The notes beneath the pieces are model-generated. The model saw nothing but the letters and a program-made list of their open reading frames with translations, had not been told where the DNA came from and did not search any database. Positions 9,197-16,940 of a stretch of 25,930 bases of DNA are shown here, piece after piece. The stretch is taken from NCBI GenBank assembly GCA_902384455.1, contig CABMCB010000074.1, forward strand, positions 1 through 25,930, written 5' to 3'. Position numbers and translations under genes: made by a program. The first letter of the stretch is position 1. The number at the start of each line of letters is the position of its first letter. This stretch comes from an uncultured archaeon. Lineage in GTDB: Archaea > Altiarchaeota > Altiarchaeia > IMC4 > SCGC-AAA252-I15.

Positions 9197-9204
9197 TTAT
9201 AAAG
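9197..9204 (+). promoter_or_regulatory. Probable TATA box of the tRNA-Met locus
   Basis: TTATAAAG, 34 nt before the first GCCGAAGTAGCTCAG copy (9239); no equally good box immediately before 9338. Confidence 0.45.
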
Positions 9205-9238
9205 TCTGCTTCCATCGTCCTATTCACCCAACAAAACC

Positions 9239-9352
9239 GCCGAAGTAGCTCAGGAACCTTTTTCTTTCTTTAGGAAAGAAAGAAAAACGTTCACGAAAAA
9301 GAAAGAAAACAACAAAACCAAAAAAACACATAAAAAAGCCGAAGTAGCTCAG
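9239..9352 (+). repeat. 15-bp direct repeat of the tRNA-Met 5' end flanking an 84-nt insert
   Basis: GCCGAAGTAGCTCAG at 9239-9253 and 9338-9352, identical. Confidence 0.95.
9254..9308 (+). repeat. Hairpin + mirror-repeat element, copy A (potential intrastrand triplex)
   Basis: TTTTTCTTTCTTT (9259-9271), loop AGG, AAAGAAAGAAAAA (9275-9287), spacer CGTTCACG, AAAAAGAAAGAAA (9296-9308). Confidence 0.85.
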
Positions 9353-9519
9353 TTGGTTAGAGCGCCAGACTCATAAGCAGAACCCCTTTTCTTTTTGAGA
9401 AAAAGAAAAGGTGTTTCATCCCCAAAAGAAAAAAACTTTTGGCGGGCGCAAGAAATGCTGGGACTTCAAGATAACGCTGAGTTATCTGGAGGCCGCGTGT
9501 TCAAGTCACGCCTTCGGCA
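9338..9519 (+). tRNA. Elongator tRNA-Met (CAT) with a 108-nt intron at 37/38 (intron 9376..9483)
   Basis: GCCGAAG/CTTCGGC-A acceptor, anticodon stem CCAGA/TCTGG, T-arm GCGTG-TTCAAGT-CACGC; BHB: CTCA pairs with TGAG, bulges TA|A and TT|A; G1-C72 and no triple G-C anticodon stem argue against initiator. Confidence 0.92.
9380..9433 (+). repeat. Hairpin + mirror-repeat element, copy B, inside the tRNA-Met intron
   Basis: CCTTTTCTTTTT (9385-9396), loop GAG, AAAAAGAAAAGG (9400-9411), spacer, AAAAGAAAAA (9424-9433). Confidence 0.85.
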
Positions 9520-9528
9520 AATTCTTCT

Positions 9529-10893
9529 TTATCCTTCAGTGCAGCATATTTTCATTCCGCCCTTCTGGTCGGAGCATAACCCCCAGGCGCAATTCGTGCA
9601 CACAGGATCTTTGTGGCCGCAGAAACTGCATGTGGCTAGAGTTTGGTTTCTGATTATGCCTTTGGAGTTGTTGCCAACTAAGGTCTCGCATTTTTTAATT
9701 GCTTGGGGGGCGACTGTTGCTGCGACGGCGTTGGAGTCCATGCAGGGCGCTGCGAAGCCGAATGGTCCTTCCGGGTGGTCCGGCGGGCAGTCGTTGCAGC
9801 AGTAAACGTAAGTTGTTGCTCCTCCGGCGTTTGTGTATGTGGGGTATGAAAATAGGGATATTCCCTTTCCAAAACCCTTCTTGTTGCAGAAACCCTTGAT
9901 GGGATTAGGTTCGGTAGTCAGCTTGTTTGAGCTCACGAAAGGCCCCTTCTCGTACCCTGCCGGGCAGGTGAAGCAGGTTGCCGGTTGGCTGGGGTCGAAG
10001 TTGTGTGGTCCGCCGAAGTAGTCGCATGAGTGGGTGCTTATGCCATTATCCTGTAGGTACATGGAGCACGAGTTGTCCCTCGTGGGATTCAAGCCTCCTT
10101 GCAGTGGGTCAGTGGTCACGCAGACGGACGGCACTCCCTGAGGCCCGTTGGTGAGGCATTCTTTGTAGCAGCCGCAGCAGTCTGATGCGGTGAATCTGCG
10201 GCCTGCTTTCTGGGCTGCAAGGGTTGCCTTGCATGCGCAACTGTCAATCGTCTTGGTGTAACCGAAGAAGACGGCTTCGCTGCATGCGCGGTTGCAGTTC
10301 ATGTTCCTTGTGGGGGTTGTGCCGGAGCAAAAGACGTTTGCCATGTCGGCAACGCACACCTTCTCAGGCACTTCAGCAAGGGGTTCCTGACAGGCGACAG
10401 GATAGTCAATGGGGTTCGGCCAGCCGCCTGTGTGGGGGAAGCAGCTGTGTCCTACTTCATGGGCGAGCTGGCAGTTGGCTTTGCATTTGTCGAAGGAGTC
10501 TCCAGTCTGGCATTTCATTGCCCGAAGTGTGCTGCTTGGGTAGCTTCCGGGCGTTATCCTCAGAAGGTCGCATTCGCTTTGCTTCATGCACACGCTGCAG
10601 CTTGCTGCAACGCATGATGCAACGTCCGCTGTGCGGGAGCAGCCTATCGTAACGGTAGGGCAGTTTTGGTCGCACATTCCCCCGATTTGACTGAAGTATC
10701 CGCCTCCTTGTTGGCCTAGTCCTGCGGGCGTTGGGCCTGCGCCGGTGGGAACTCCCATAGGGGAAGTGAACAATCCGCCTGGCAGCCCAATCGGACTGGT
10801 CATCAATAAGACTGCAAGAGCCAGCAAGAACAGAAGCGGAGTACTCCAACGGAGGTTTGATGCGTTTAAGCCATCCACACTACGAGAAGTCAT
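9529..10893 (-). CDS. Exported or membrane-anchored cysteine-rich protein with an HExxH motif (putative zinc metallopeptidase)
   Basis: N-terminal hydrophobic stretch PLLFLLALAVLLM, Gly/Pro linker, about 40 Cys in 454 aa, AHEVGH followed by CQEPLA. Confidence 0.7.
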   Translation of the reverse strand: MTSRSVDGLNASNLRWSTPLLFLLALAVLLMTSPIGLPGGLFTSPMGVPTGAGPTPAGLGQQGGGYFSQIGGMCDQNCPTVTIGCSRTADVASCVAASCSVCMKQSECDLLRITPGSYPSSTLRAMKCQTGDSFDKCKANCQLAHEVGHSCFPHTGGWPNPIDYPVACQEPLAEVPEKVCVADMANVFCSGTTPTRNMNCNRACSEAVFFGYTKTIDSCACKATLAAQKAGRRFTASDCCGCYKECLTNGPQGVPSVCVTTDPLQGGLNPTRDNSCSMYLQDNGISTHSCDYFGGPHNFDPSQPATCFTCPAGYEKGPFVSSNKLTTEPNPIKGFCNKKGFGKGISLFSYPTYTNAGGATTYVYCCNDCPPDHPEGPFGFAAPCMDSNAVAATVAPQAIKKCETLVGNNSKGIIRNQTLATCSFCGHKDPVCTNCAWGLCSDQKGGMKICCTEG

Positions 10894-11005
10894 GTTAAAT
10901 TACTTGTAGAAAATCCTATTAAATTAAATTTGAAAAAAAGAGTTTTGCTCGCATTCGGCACTGTCAATTTAACCGTTTTTTGCTTTTGGTTTCCTATTTA
11001 TTACT

Positions 11006-13009
11006 GTGTCTAAGGACGCCCGTAAGCGTGAGGCGGACAGGCAGGCCAGGCAGGATGAGCAGGTGCTTCCTCATCTTAGGGATGCGAGGCCTGATTTTGT
11101 GGCTCAGCTTAGGGAGTTGAAGAAGGCGACTTTAGGACCTGAAGATTCGCAGCGGGCTGAGGGTATGGCACCTAAGGATGTTCTGGATTTTGCTCGCAGG
11201 CACGCTGGGCGGCTTGGTTATACTGACGGCGATTTGGCTCTTTTGAGGGACGCTTTGCATGCGGGAAGCAAACGGCTCAAGGACACGAGCATTGGGCTTC
11301 GTACTGGGGAGTTTGTGTCGCGGTTTGTTGCTCACGTGGAGGAGCACGCCGGCTTAAGTGTAGGTAAGCCTGCGCGTAGGGCGGCGGTTCCTTTGGATTT
11401 GACTGCAGCTTTAGGTGCTCCTGTTCCGTCTGTTGGTAATATCCCTTCGGCATCTGTGTTGCGGATTCTCGCCGAGATGGGAGTTAGCATTAGAGGATCC
11501 CCTTCCGAGACGGTTGACCCTAACAAGCTGTACATTGGGCCGAGTAAGCCTGTGGACGAGTGGTTTGAGCATATGAACAGGGTTTTTTACGGGGTGACTG
11601 GTCGGGGCCTCTATTTTTATTTTGATACTTTGGTTAGTGAAGACCCTATGACTGGGTTTGGGTTGGCTAATGATTTTCATGCTCACCTGAGGGGTTTGGC
11701 TAAGGTGCCTGATGAGTTGGTTGTTCATGAGTATGGGATTGGAAACGGGAATTTGTCTGCGGCTTTCCTCTACCGCATGAGGGCGCTTGATGTAGAAAAT
11801 GGGACTGATTATTTCAGGCGGACGAAGTGCGTCTTGTGTGATTTCTCGGATGAAGTGCTTACGACAGTGAGAACTAACCCTTTTCTAATGCAGTTTGAAG
11901 ACAACCTTGTTTTCGCCAAACTCGATGGGGAAAAAATGCAGCCCTCAGACTCTGCGGTAGCTCCTTACTTTAGGGACGGGTGCGTCCAGAAGATGTACTC
12001 CAATGAGCTTGCCGATGCGCTCCCTGCACAGGTTGTGACCCGGCCCGAGGGAACACTCGGAATCGGGTACGTCCGGCCTTATTTGAAGAAGGATGTGCTT
12101 TCTCATCTTGGTATCACTGACTTGGATGGTCTTGTAAGGGATTATGCTGCCGGGGACGTCGAGGCATTGAAGACGTACCCCGACTTTTTTCTGGCGCTTG
12201 ACGTAGAAACCCCTTTTGTTCCTGCAGCTCCTTCTGAAATCCGGGAGTGGAATTTAGTGGACGGTTTCCTTAAAGAGACTGGTGGGGCGAGCTGTACGGT
12301 AAACTACGGTTTCCACAATCACCTTAGGGCAGTGCGCCGTCTTATGGACGTTGAATGCGGTCAAGGATACGACATTTTCGACGTCGGAATAAGGAATCCC
12401 TCAGAGGTTCGTGAGGGAGGTACTATAGCGAACACTCGCGGAGACATGTGCTTTTGCGTGAATTTCGTTTTGGCCTCCCGCAAGTGCCCTAGTTTGGGTT
12501 TGGGGGTTGTTGCTCTTGAGCCTCAACTTACTTTCATAGGGCGGGAAGTTGAGCCTGCAGTGCCTCTAATAGACTTACTCGCTACTCACCCAGGTTACCC
12601 TCAGATAAAAGACGACGATCCGACTAAGCAGGAATTCATTAAGCTGGTGAGCGCCTGCTTGAATCCTCACATAGATAACGTCATTCACCGTTTCAGCTTC
12701 AAGGAAGCTCTCGGAGAATTGGTTAATGGCCTGGCTGCAGAAGGTGCCCTCGAAGGTGTGCCCCCGGATTGGGTCCGTTACCTGCGTTCTGAACATGTAA
12801 TAGATGCAGAATACGAGAGACTACAACAGGATGGGACACTCGGAATAAGGCACCAGTTCATCCTACTTCCCAGAAAAACACTCGAAGCATCCATGGAAGG
12901 CCTCGAAGAGTTGGGCTTCTCCCGCGAGGCCGTCTTAGGGTTGTTTGACCGCTCTGTGGAAAGGAGCGAGACAGGCGAGTTCACCCACATGCGGGTTACG
13001 CCGTCTTAA
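11006..13009 (+). CDS. SAM-dependent methyltransferase, MidA/NDUFAF7-like, with long N- and C-terminal extensions
   Basis: VHEYGIGNGNLSAAFL (motif I), VLCDFS, YSNELADALP (MidA-type NE..DALP); GTG start uncertain. Confidence 0.7.
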   Translation: MSKDARKREADRQARQDEQVLPHLRDARPDFVAQLRELKKATLGPEDSQRAEGMAPKDVLDFARRHAGRLGYTDGDLALLRDALHAGSKRLKDTSIGLRTGEFVSRFVAHVEEHAGLSVGKPARRAAVPLDLTAALGAPVPSVGNIPSASVLRILAEMGVSIRGSPSETVDPNKLYIGPSKPVDEWFEHMNRVFYGVTGRGLYFYFDTLVSEDPMTGFGLANDFHAHLRGLAKVPDELVVHEYGIGNGNLSAAFLYRMRALDVENGTDYFRRTKCVLCDFSDEVLTTVRTNPFLMQFEDNLVFAKLDGEKMQPSDSAVAPYFRDGCVQKMYSNELADALPAQVVTRPEGTLGIGYVRPYLKKDVLSHLGITDLDGLVRDYAAGDVEALKTYPDFFLALDVETPFVPAAPSEIREWNLVDGFLKETGGASCTVNYGFHNHLRAVRRLMDVECGQGYDIFDVGIRNPSEVREGGTIANTRGDMCFCVNFVLASRKCPSLGLGVVALEPQLTFIGREVEPAVPLIDLLATHPGYPQIKDDDPTKQEFIKLVSACLNPHIDNVIHRFSFKEALGELVNGLAAEGALEGVPPDWVRYLRSEHVIDAEYERLQQDGTLGIRHQFILLPRKTLEASMEGLEELGFSREAVLGLFDRSVERSETGEFTHMRVTPS

Positions 13010-13078
13010 CGGGCGTTTTCGGCTTATTGCGGCCTCTTTTATCCTTATGACGTGATGATTTAATCCTTATTTCGTTGT

Positions 13079-15643
13079 ATGGCCCGTTTAGCGCACGTTT
13101 CTGGTATTGAGGGCATCAGGGGTCTTACGGAGGATGAGGCGGCTCGTAGGTTGAAGGAAGACGGTTTTAATGAGCTTCCTATGGGTAAAAAGCGCACTAT
13201 TTTCGATATTGCGTTGGAGGTTTTGAAGGAGCCGATGTTTTTGTTGCTTCTTGCTTGTGGGAGCATTTACTTGTTTTTAGGGGACGTTGAAAGCGCATTT
13301 ATGCTTTTGGCTTTCGTTTTCGTGGTCATTGGGATAACTATTTATCAGGAGCAGAAGGTGGAGCGGGCGCTGGAGGCTTTGCGCGACTTGTCGAGTCCTC
13401 GTGCGCTTGTGATAAGAAACGGCGAGTCTAAGAGGATTGCTGGCCGGAACGTTGTGCGCGGCGATTTCATCGTTCTTACTGAGGGTGATAGGGTGCCTGC
13501 GGACGCAGTGATTATTTCATGCAGCAACCTGCTTGTGGACGAATCATTGCTTACTGGGGAATCTGTTCCGGTTAGGAAAGCGGTTCCTGAAGGTTCTGTT
13601 GCGTTAAGTCGGCCGGGAGGGGATGACCTGCCTTTCGTTTATTCGAGCACCCTTGTCGTTCAGGGTCACGGTATTGCTGAAGTGAGGGAGGTGGGATTGC
13701 ATACTGAAATAGGCAAGATTGGGAAGGTGCTTCAGACGCTTGAGCCGCAGAAGTCTCCCCTGCAGAAGGAGACTGAGCGGCTGGTTGAGGTTTTCGCCGC
13801 AGTCGGATTGGTGGTGTGTTTAATCGTGGTTGTCGCTTACGGGCTTACTAGCGGCAGCTGGATTGCCGGCATACTTGCGGGATTGACTCTTGCTATGGCG
13901 CTTATTCCGGAGGAGATTCCCGTGGTTTTGACCCTATTTTTGGCGTTGGGCGCCTGGCGCATGTCGCAAAGGAACGTCCTCACCCGCCGGCTTCAGGCGA
14001 TACAGACGCTGGGCTCCACCACAGTGTTATGCGTGGACAAGACGGGGACGCTGACGTTAAACCGCATGACGATAAAGAAACTGTTCGTCCCCCAAGAATT
14101 ATACACAATAGACGCCTCCACATCAACTCTCCCGGACAACTTCCACGAGCTCGCTGAATTCGCAATACTCGCCAGCCAAAGAGACCCTTTCGACCCCATG
14201 GAAAAAGCGATAAGAGAACTGGGGAAAAAAACGCTATCGCACACGGAGCACCTGCACGACAACTGGAACCTAGTGCAAGAATACGCCCTGTCAAAAAAAC
14301 TCCTCGCACTATCACACGTCTGGAAATCCCCCGACGGAAACAACTACGTGATTGCCGCAAAAGGAGCGCCCGAAGCAATATTCGACCTATGCCACCTACC
14401 AAAAGACAAAACCAAAGAACTAAACGTCAGCGTACAAGACATGGCCTCAGACGGCCTAAGGGTTTTGGGTGTGGCGCGGTCTAAGTTCAGGCATCAGGAG
14501 CTGCCAGACGACCAGCACGACTTCAACTTTGAATTTCTGGGCCTCGTAGGGTTTCAGGACCCAGTTCGGCCGATGGTGTCTGAGGCTCTTGAGGAGTGTT
14601 ATGAGGCGGGTATTCGCGTTGTAATGATTACTGGAGACTATCCTGTCACCGCAGTTAATATCGCCAGGCAGATTGGTCTTAGGCCGAATGATTCTGTGAT
14701 TACGGGTTGGGAGCTTGATGGGATGGAAGATAGGGAGCTGCAGAAGCGCATTAGGTCGACTAATATTTTTGCGCGTGTTGTGCCTGAGCAGAAGCTGAGG
14801 ATTGTGGATGCTTTGAAGGCGAATGGCGAGGTGGTGGTTATGACTGGCGACGGGGTTAATGATGCGCCTGCGTTGAAGTCTGCGAACATAGGTATTGCTA
14901 TGGGAGGGCGGGGGACTGAGGTTGCGCGGGAGGCGAGCGCATTGGTTCTGTTGGACGACGACTTTTTGTCTATTGTGGCTGCCGTGCGTACTGGGCGGCG
15001 GATTTTCGACAACATTAAGAAGGCGATGGCTTACATACTTGCGATTCACGTTCCCATCGCGGGCATGTCTCTTTTGCCTGTGCTTTTGAAGTGGCCTATC
15101 GCTTTGTTTCCGGCTCACATCGCTTTTTTGGAGTTGATTATCGACCCTGTTTGTTCTATTGTTTTTGAGGCGGAGCCGCAGGAGAAGGACGTGATGAAGC
15201 GCAGTCCCCGGCGGTTGAATGAGCCTTTGTTCGATAGGAAGACTATTGTGCTGAGCCTTATGCAGGGTTTGTTTGTCTTGTTTGTCGTGGCGTTGGTCTT
15301 CAGGGTCGCTCCTTTGTTGGGGGAGTCTGAGAGTCAGGCTCGCGCTCTTGCTTTTACGACGCTGGTGCTGGCTAACATACTTTTGATTCTCACCAACCGT
15401 TCTTGGAGCAGGACCATATGGGAGACGTCAAAGACGCCCAACAGCGCTCTCGTGTGGGTGTCGGCGGGGGCGCTTATTTTCCTGTCGCTAGCGCTTTATG
15501 TGCCGTTTCTGGCGTCCGTATTCAAGTTCGGGCCTATGCATCTTACCGACCTAATCATATGCGGCGTAGCAGGTGTCGTGAGCATAATGTGGTTTGAGGC
15601 GCTCAAGATGCTCCACAAAAGAAAACATTCGACTGGATTTTAA
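13079..15643 (+). CDS. Cation-translocating P-type ATPase (P2-like, PEEIP subgroup)
   Basis: LTGES, IPEEIP, CVDKTGTLT, KGAPE, DPVR, MITGD, FARVVPEQK, TGDGVNDAPALK. Confidence 0.96.
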   Translation: MARLAHVSGIEGIRGLTEDEAARRLKEDGFNELPMGKKRTIFDIALEVLKEPMFLLLLACGSIYLFLGDVESAFMLLAFVFVVIGITIYQEQKVERALEALRDLSSPRALVIRNGESKRIAGRNVVRGDFIVLTEGDRVPADAVIISCSNLLVDESLLTGESVPVRKAVPEGSVALSRPGGDDLPFVYSSTLVVQGHGIAEVREVGLHTEIGKIGKVLQTLEPQKSPLQKETERLVEVFAAVGLVVCLIVVVAYGLTSGSWIAGILAGLTLAMALIPEEIPVVLTLFLALGAWRMSQRNVLTRRLQAIQTLGSTTVLCVDKTGTLTLNRMTIKKLFVPQELYTIDASTSTLPDNFHELAEFAILASQRDPFDPMEKAIRELGKKTLSHTEHLHDNWNLVQEYALSKKLLALSHVWKSPDGNNYVIAAKGAPEAIFDLCHLPKDKTKELNVSVQDMASDGLRVLGVARSKFRHQELPDDQHDFNFEFLGLVGFQDPVRPMVSEALEECYEAGIRVVMITGDYPVTAVNIARQIGLRPNDSVITGWELDGMEDRELQKRIRSTNIFARVVPEQKLRIVDALKANGEVVVMTGDGVNDAPALKSANIGIAMGGRGTEVAREASALVLLDDDFLSIVAAVRTGRRIFDNIKKAMAYILAIHVPIAGMSLLPVLLKWPIALFPAHIAFLELIIDPVCSIVFEAEPQEKDVMKRSPRRLNEPLFDRKTIVLSLMQGLFVLFVVALVFRVAPLLGESESQARALAFTTLVLANILLILTNRSWSRTIWETSKTPNSALVWVSAGALIFLSLALYVPFLASVFKFGPMHLTDLIICGVAGVVSIMWFEALKMLHKRKHSTGF

Positions 15644-15652
15644 CGGTGTGCT

Positions 15653-16930
15653 TTACTCCAGGAACCTGTGCGTAAGGTTCATCACGTCCCTGTAGGGGAC
15701 TGCCCCCATAAGCTTCCCATTTTCGTCAGTGATGGGTATGGCCCTAAACCCGTACCTTGCGAATATCGCGTAAGCGTCTTTGAGGGTGCTCTCAGGCTTA
15801 AGGTCGATTATTGTGGCGCTCATTATGTCCTTAAGGTGGGCGTCGTCTTTAGCCTGCATAAGCTCCTTTATGTCTATGACGCCCAGAAGCTTCTCATCCC
15901 CGTCCACGACGTACATGTACATCACGACGTCCTTGTCTCTTGCCTTAATGTGGAACTCCTTCCTAACTTCCTCGGCCGTGTCGTCTGGGTCGAACTTAAT
16001 GAGGTTGACTGTCGCAAAATTCTGAATCTTTTCTTCCTGCTTCTCAAGGATGGACTTAATCTTCTTAGACTTCTCCTTGTTCAACAGCCGGATTATCGCC
16101 TTGGCTTCTGTAAAAGGGAGCGCAGACAATACGTCTGCCGCCTGGCCGGGCGTCATCTCGTTGATGAGCTGCACAACCTTCTCTTTTCTTAATGACGCAA
16201 GAAGCTGCCTCTGAACGTTTGGGTCAATTTCCTCCAGAGTATCCGAAGCGTGCTCTGTGTCCAGTTCGGCAAAAAGCATAATCCTCTGCTGGGGATCCAA
16301 CTCCTCAAGGATGTCTGCAAGGTCCACGGGCGGAATGTCAGCAAGCCTCTCCTTAAGCACCTTAAGCTTCACGTCCCCCCTGAAACTGCTTATCTGAGTG
16401 GGAAGAGGCTGAATGTACGTCCAAGAAATAGGCTGATCCCTGATTTTATCCGCAAGCCGATAAATGAAATTAGCGACACGCTTGAGGCCCATACGCCTTA
16501 GCAGGCCGTATTTGCTGAGGTCGACTTCGCTGGCGTAAAGCTTGTTGTTTCTTAGCGCCATTTTGACGTCGTATACGACTTCGACTTCCCTGTCTTCCAT
16601 GTCCAGCACTTTTTTGTCCAGAATGTGGTCTTTCAATAGAACAGTTTCTTCGCTGGGTTCGCCTTCGTATTTGCCTAAGCTTTCGATGTCTACGGCGATT
16701 TCCTTTGGGGTGATTGACACTACTTTCACCCATGGTATAAGGAGTGAGGGGTTGCCGAATGAGCGTGTTACGTAGAATTGCGTGACTTCGGGGAGTTTGC
16801 CTTTGTCGTTAATGACCATGTCTGCGAGTTTGCCTATTTTCTTGCCGTTTTGCGTCACGCGGGCTCCCAGTATCTCGCTTAAGTAATATGGCTGTTCAAC
16901 GAGGTTGTTCCCCAAGCCGTTCTCGTTCAT
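15653..16930 (-). CDS. PRC-barrel + MgtE N-terminal + CBS-pair protein (soluble magnesium transporter-associated subunit)
   Basis: IGKLADMVI..LLIPW (PRC), PVDLADILEELD..ASDTLEEID (MgtE_N), YMYVVDGDEKLLGVI and AIPITDENGKLMG (CBS); no TM domain. Confidence 0.88.
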   Translation of the reverse strand: MNENGLGNNLVEQPYYLSEILGARVTQNGKKIGKLADMVINDKGKLPEVTQFYVTRSFGNPSLLIPWVKVVSITPKEIAVDIESLGKYEGEPSEETVLLKDHILDKKVLDMEDREVEVVYDVKMALRNNKLYASEVDLSKYGLLRRMGLKRVANFIYRLADKIRDQPISWTYIQPLPTQISSFRGDVKLKVLKERLADIPPVDLADILEELDPQQRIMLFAELDTEHASDTLEEIDPNVQRQLLASLRKEKVVQLINEMTPGQAADVLSALPFTEAKAIIRLLNKEKSKKIKSILEKQEEKIQNFATVNLIKFDPDDTAEEVRKEFHIKARDKDVVMYMYVVDGDEKLLGVIDIKELMQAKDDAHLKDIMSATIIDLKPESTLKDAYAIFARYGFRAIPITDENGKLMGAVPYRDVMNLTHRFLE

Positions 16931-16940
16931 GTTCCATACC

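Noticed and set aside
9239-9352. Interpretation as a split tRNA half or a D-loop intron
   Set aside because: The downstream copy is already a complete tRNA and no BHB forms at the insert junctions
9239-9352. Mini CRISPR array
   Set aside because: Only two 15-bp repeats, both tRNA sequence, 84-nt spacer, no cas genes
9376-9483. C/D box guide RNA in the tRNA-Met intron
   Set aside because: CTGA is explained by the BHB helix and there is no good RTGATGA C box (closest ATGCTGG)
9395-9805. Listed + strand ORFs across the tRNA-Met intron (possible intron-encoded protein)
   Set aside because: They run through the tRNA 3' exon and antisense to the Cys-rich gene; no homing endonuclease motif
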